Origin: Nemertoderma westbladi
Lineage: Eukaryota > Animalia > Xenacoelomorpha
NCBI GenBank assembly: GCA_032718475.1
Contig: JAUCBJ010007907.1
Span: 1-60,509 of the forward strand
Length of the DNA stretch: 60,509 nucleotides
Reading direction: 5' to 3'
The notes under the pieces are model-generated. The model was not told the DNA's origin, did not search any database, and saw only the letters and a list, made by a program, of their open reading frames with translations. Made by a program: the position numbers and the translations under genes. Below, in pieces: positions 60,216 through 60,509 of the stretch (position 1 is its first letter; each line of letters opens with the position of its first letter).

Positions 60216-60509
60216 CCAATTACATTGAGTATAATCGATAAATTGAGTAGGACATAGAATCCATTGACTCTAACACTGTAATACCTGTTATTAATATAGA
60301 ATAAGAACACTTGACTTGCCCGTGGGAAAATGTAGATATAGTGATTGAATTTATATTGTATTTTGGCATAACAAACATTGTGTATTATAAGTAATAACAA
60401 TTACAGTATAAATAATTGTGTACTATTATTACAATAAAATATTTTTTGTCGGGGCGGGGGGGGGGGGGGGGGGTTGGTATTACAAATTGTCTAATGTGAC
60501 AGAGGGGGG

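Overview
Eukaryotic (metazoan-like, invertebrate-type) genomic DNA that is almost entirely nested transposable elements around two tandem, apparently intact three-exon CPT1 (carnitine O-palmitoyltransferase 1) paralogues (38143-40897 and 49917-60009, each 769 aa after splicing). Left third, minus strand: a BEL/Pao gag plus LTR inserted into the 3' end of a second, frameshifted BEL/Pao element, which is itself inserted into a LINE RT. Next come a decayed ORF combining a WRN/EXD-type 3'-5' exonuclease with CCHC zinc knuckles, a second diverged copy of the BEL LTR preceded by a ~2.3 kb decayed unknown ORF, and a Gypsy integrase remnant. Middle: a CRE-clade non-LTR element split by a P-superfamily (THAP) transposon with a perfect 8-bp TSD, then a 21-bp satellite containing a tRNA-derived SINE. 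Between and inside the CPT1 genes are a second P element, a Helitron, hAT-, Merlin- and Mutator/Foldback-like MITEs, a ~100-bp satellite and LINE remnants. Most notable: accessory ORFs (exonuclease + zinc knuckle, and an unknown one) next to LTR sequence, a possible self-priming BEL LTR, conserved structured blocks in the LTRs, gene-conversion mosaicism of the CPT1 pair, and a covarying SINE/LINE 3' stem-loop. All calls are by eye, with no database searches; many boundaries are approximate.
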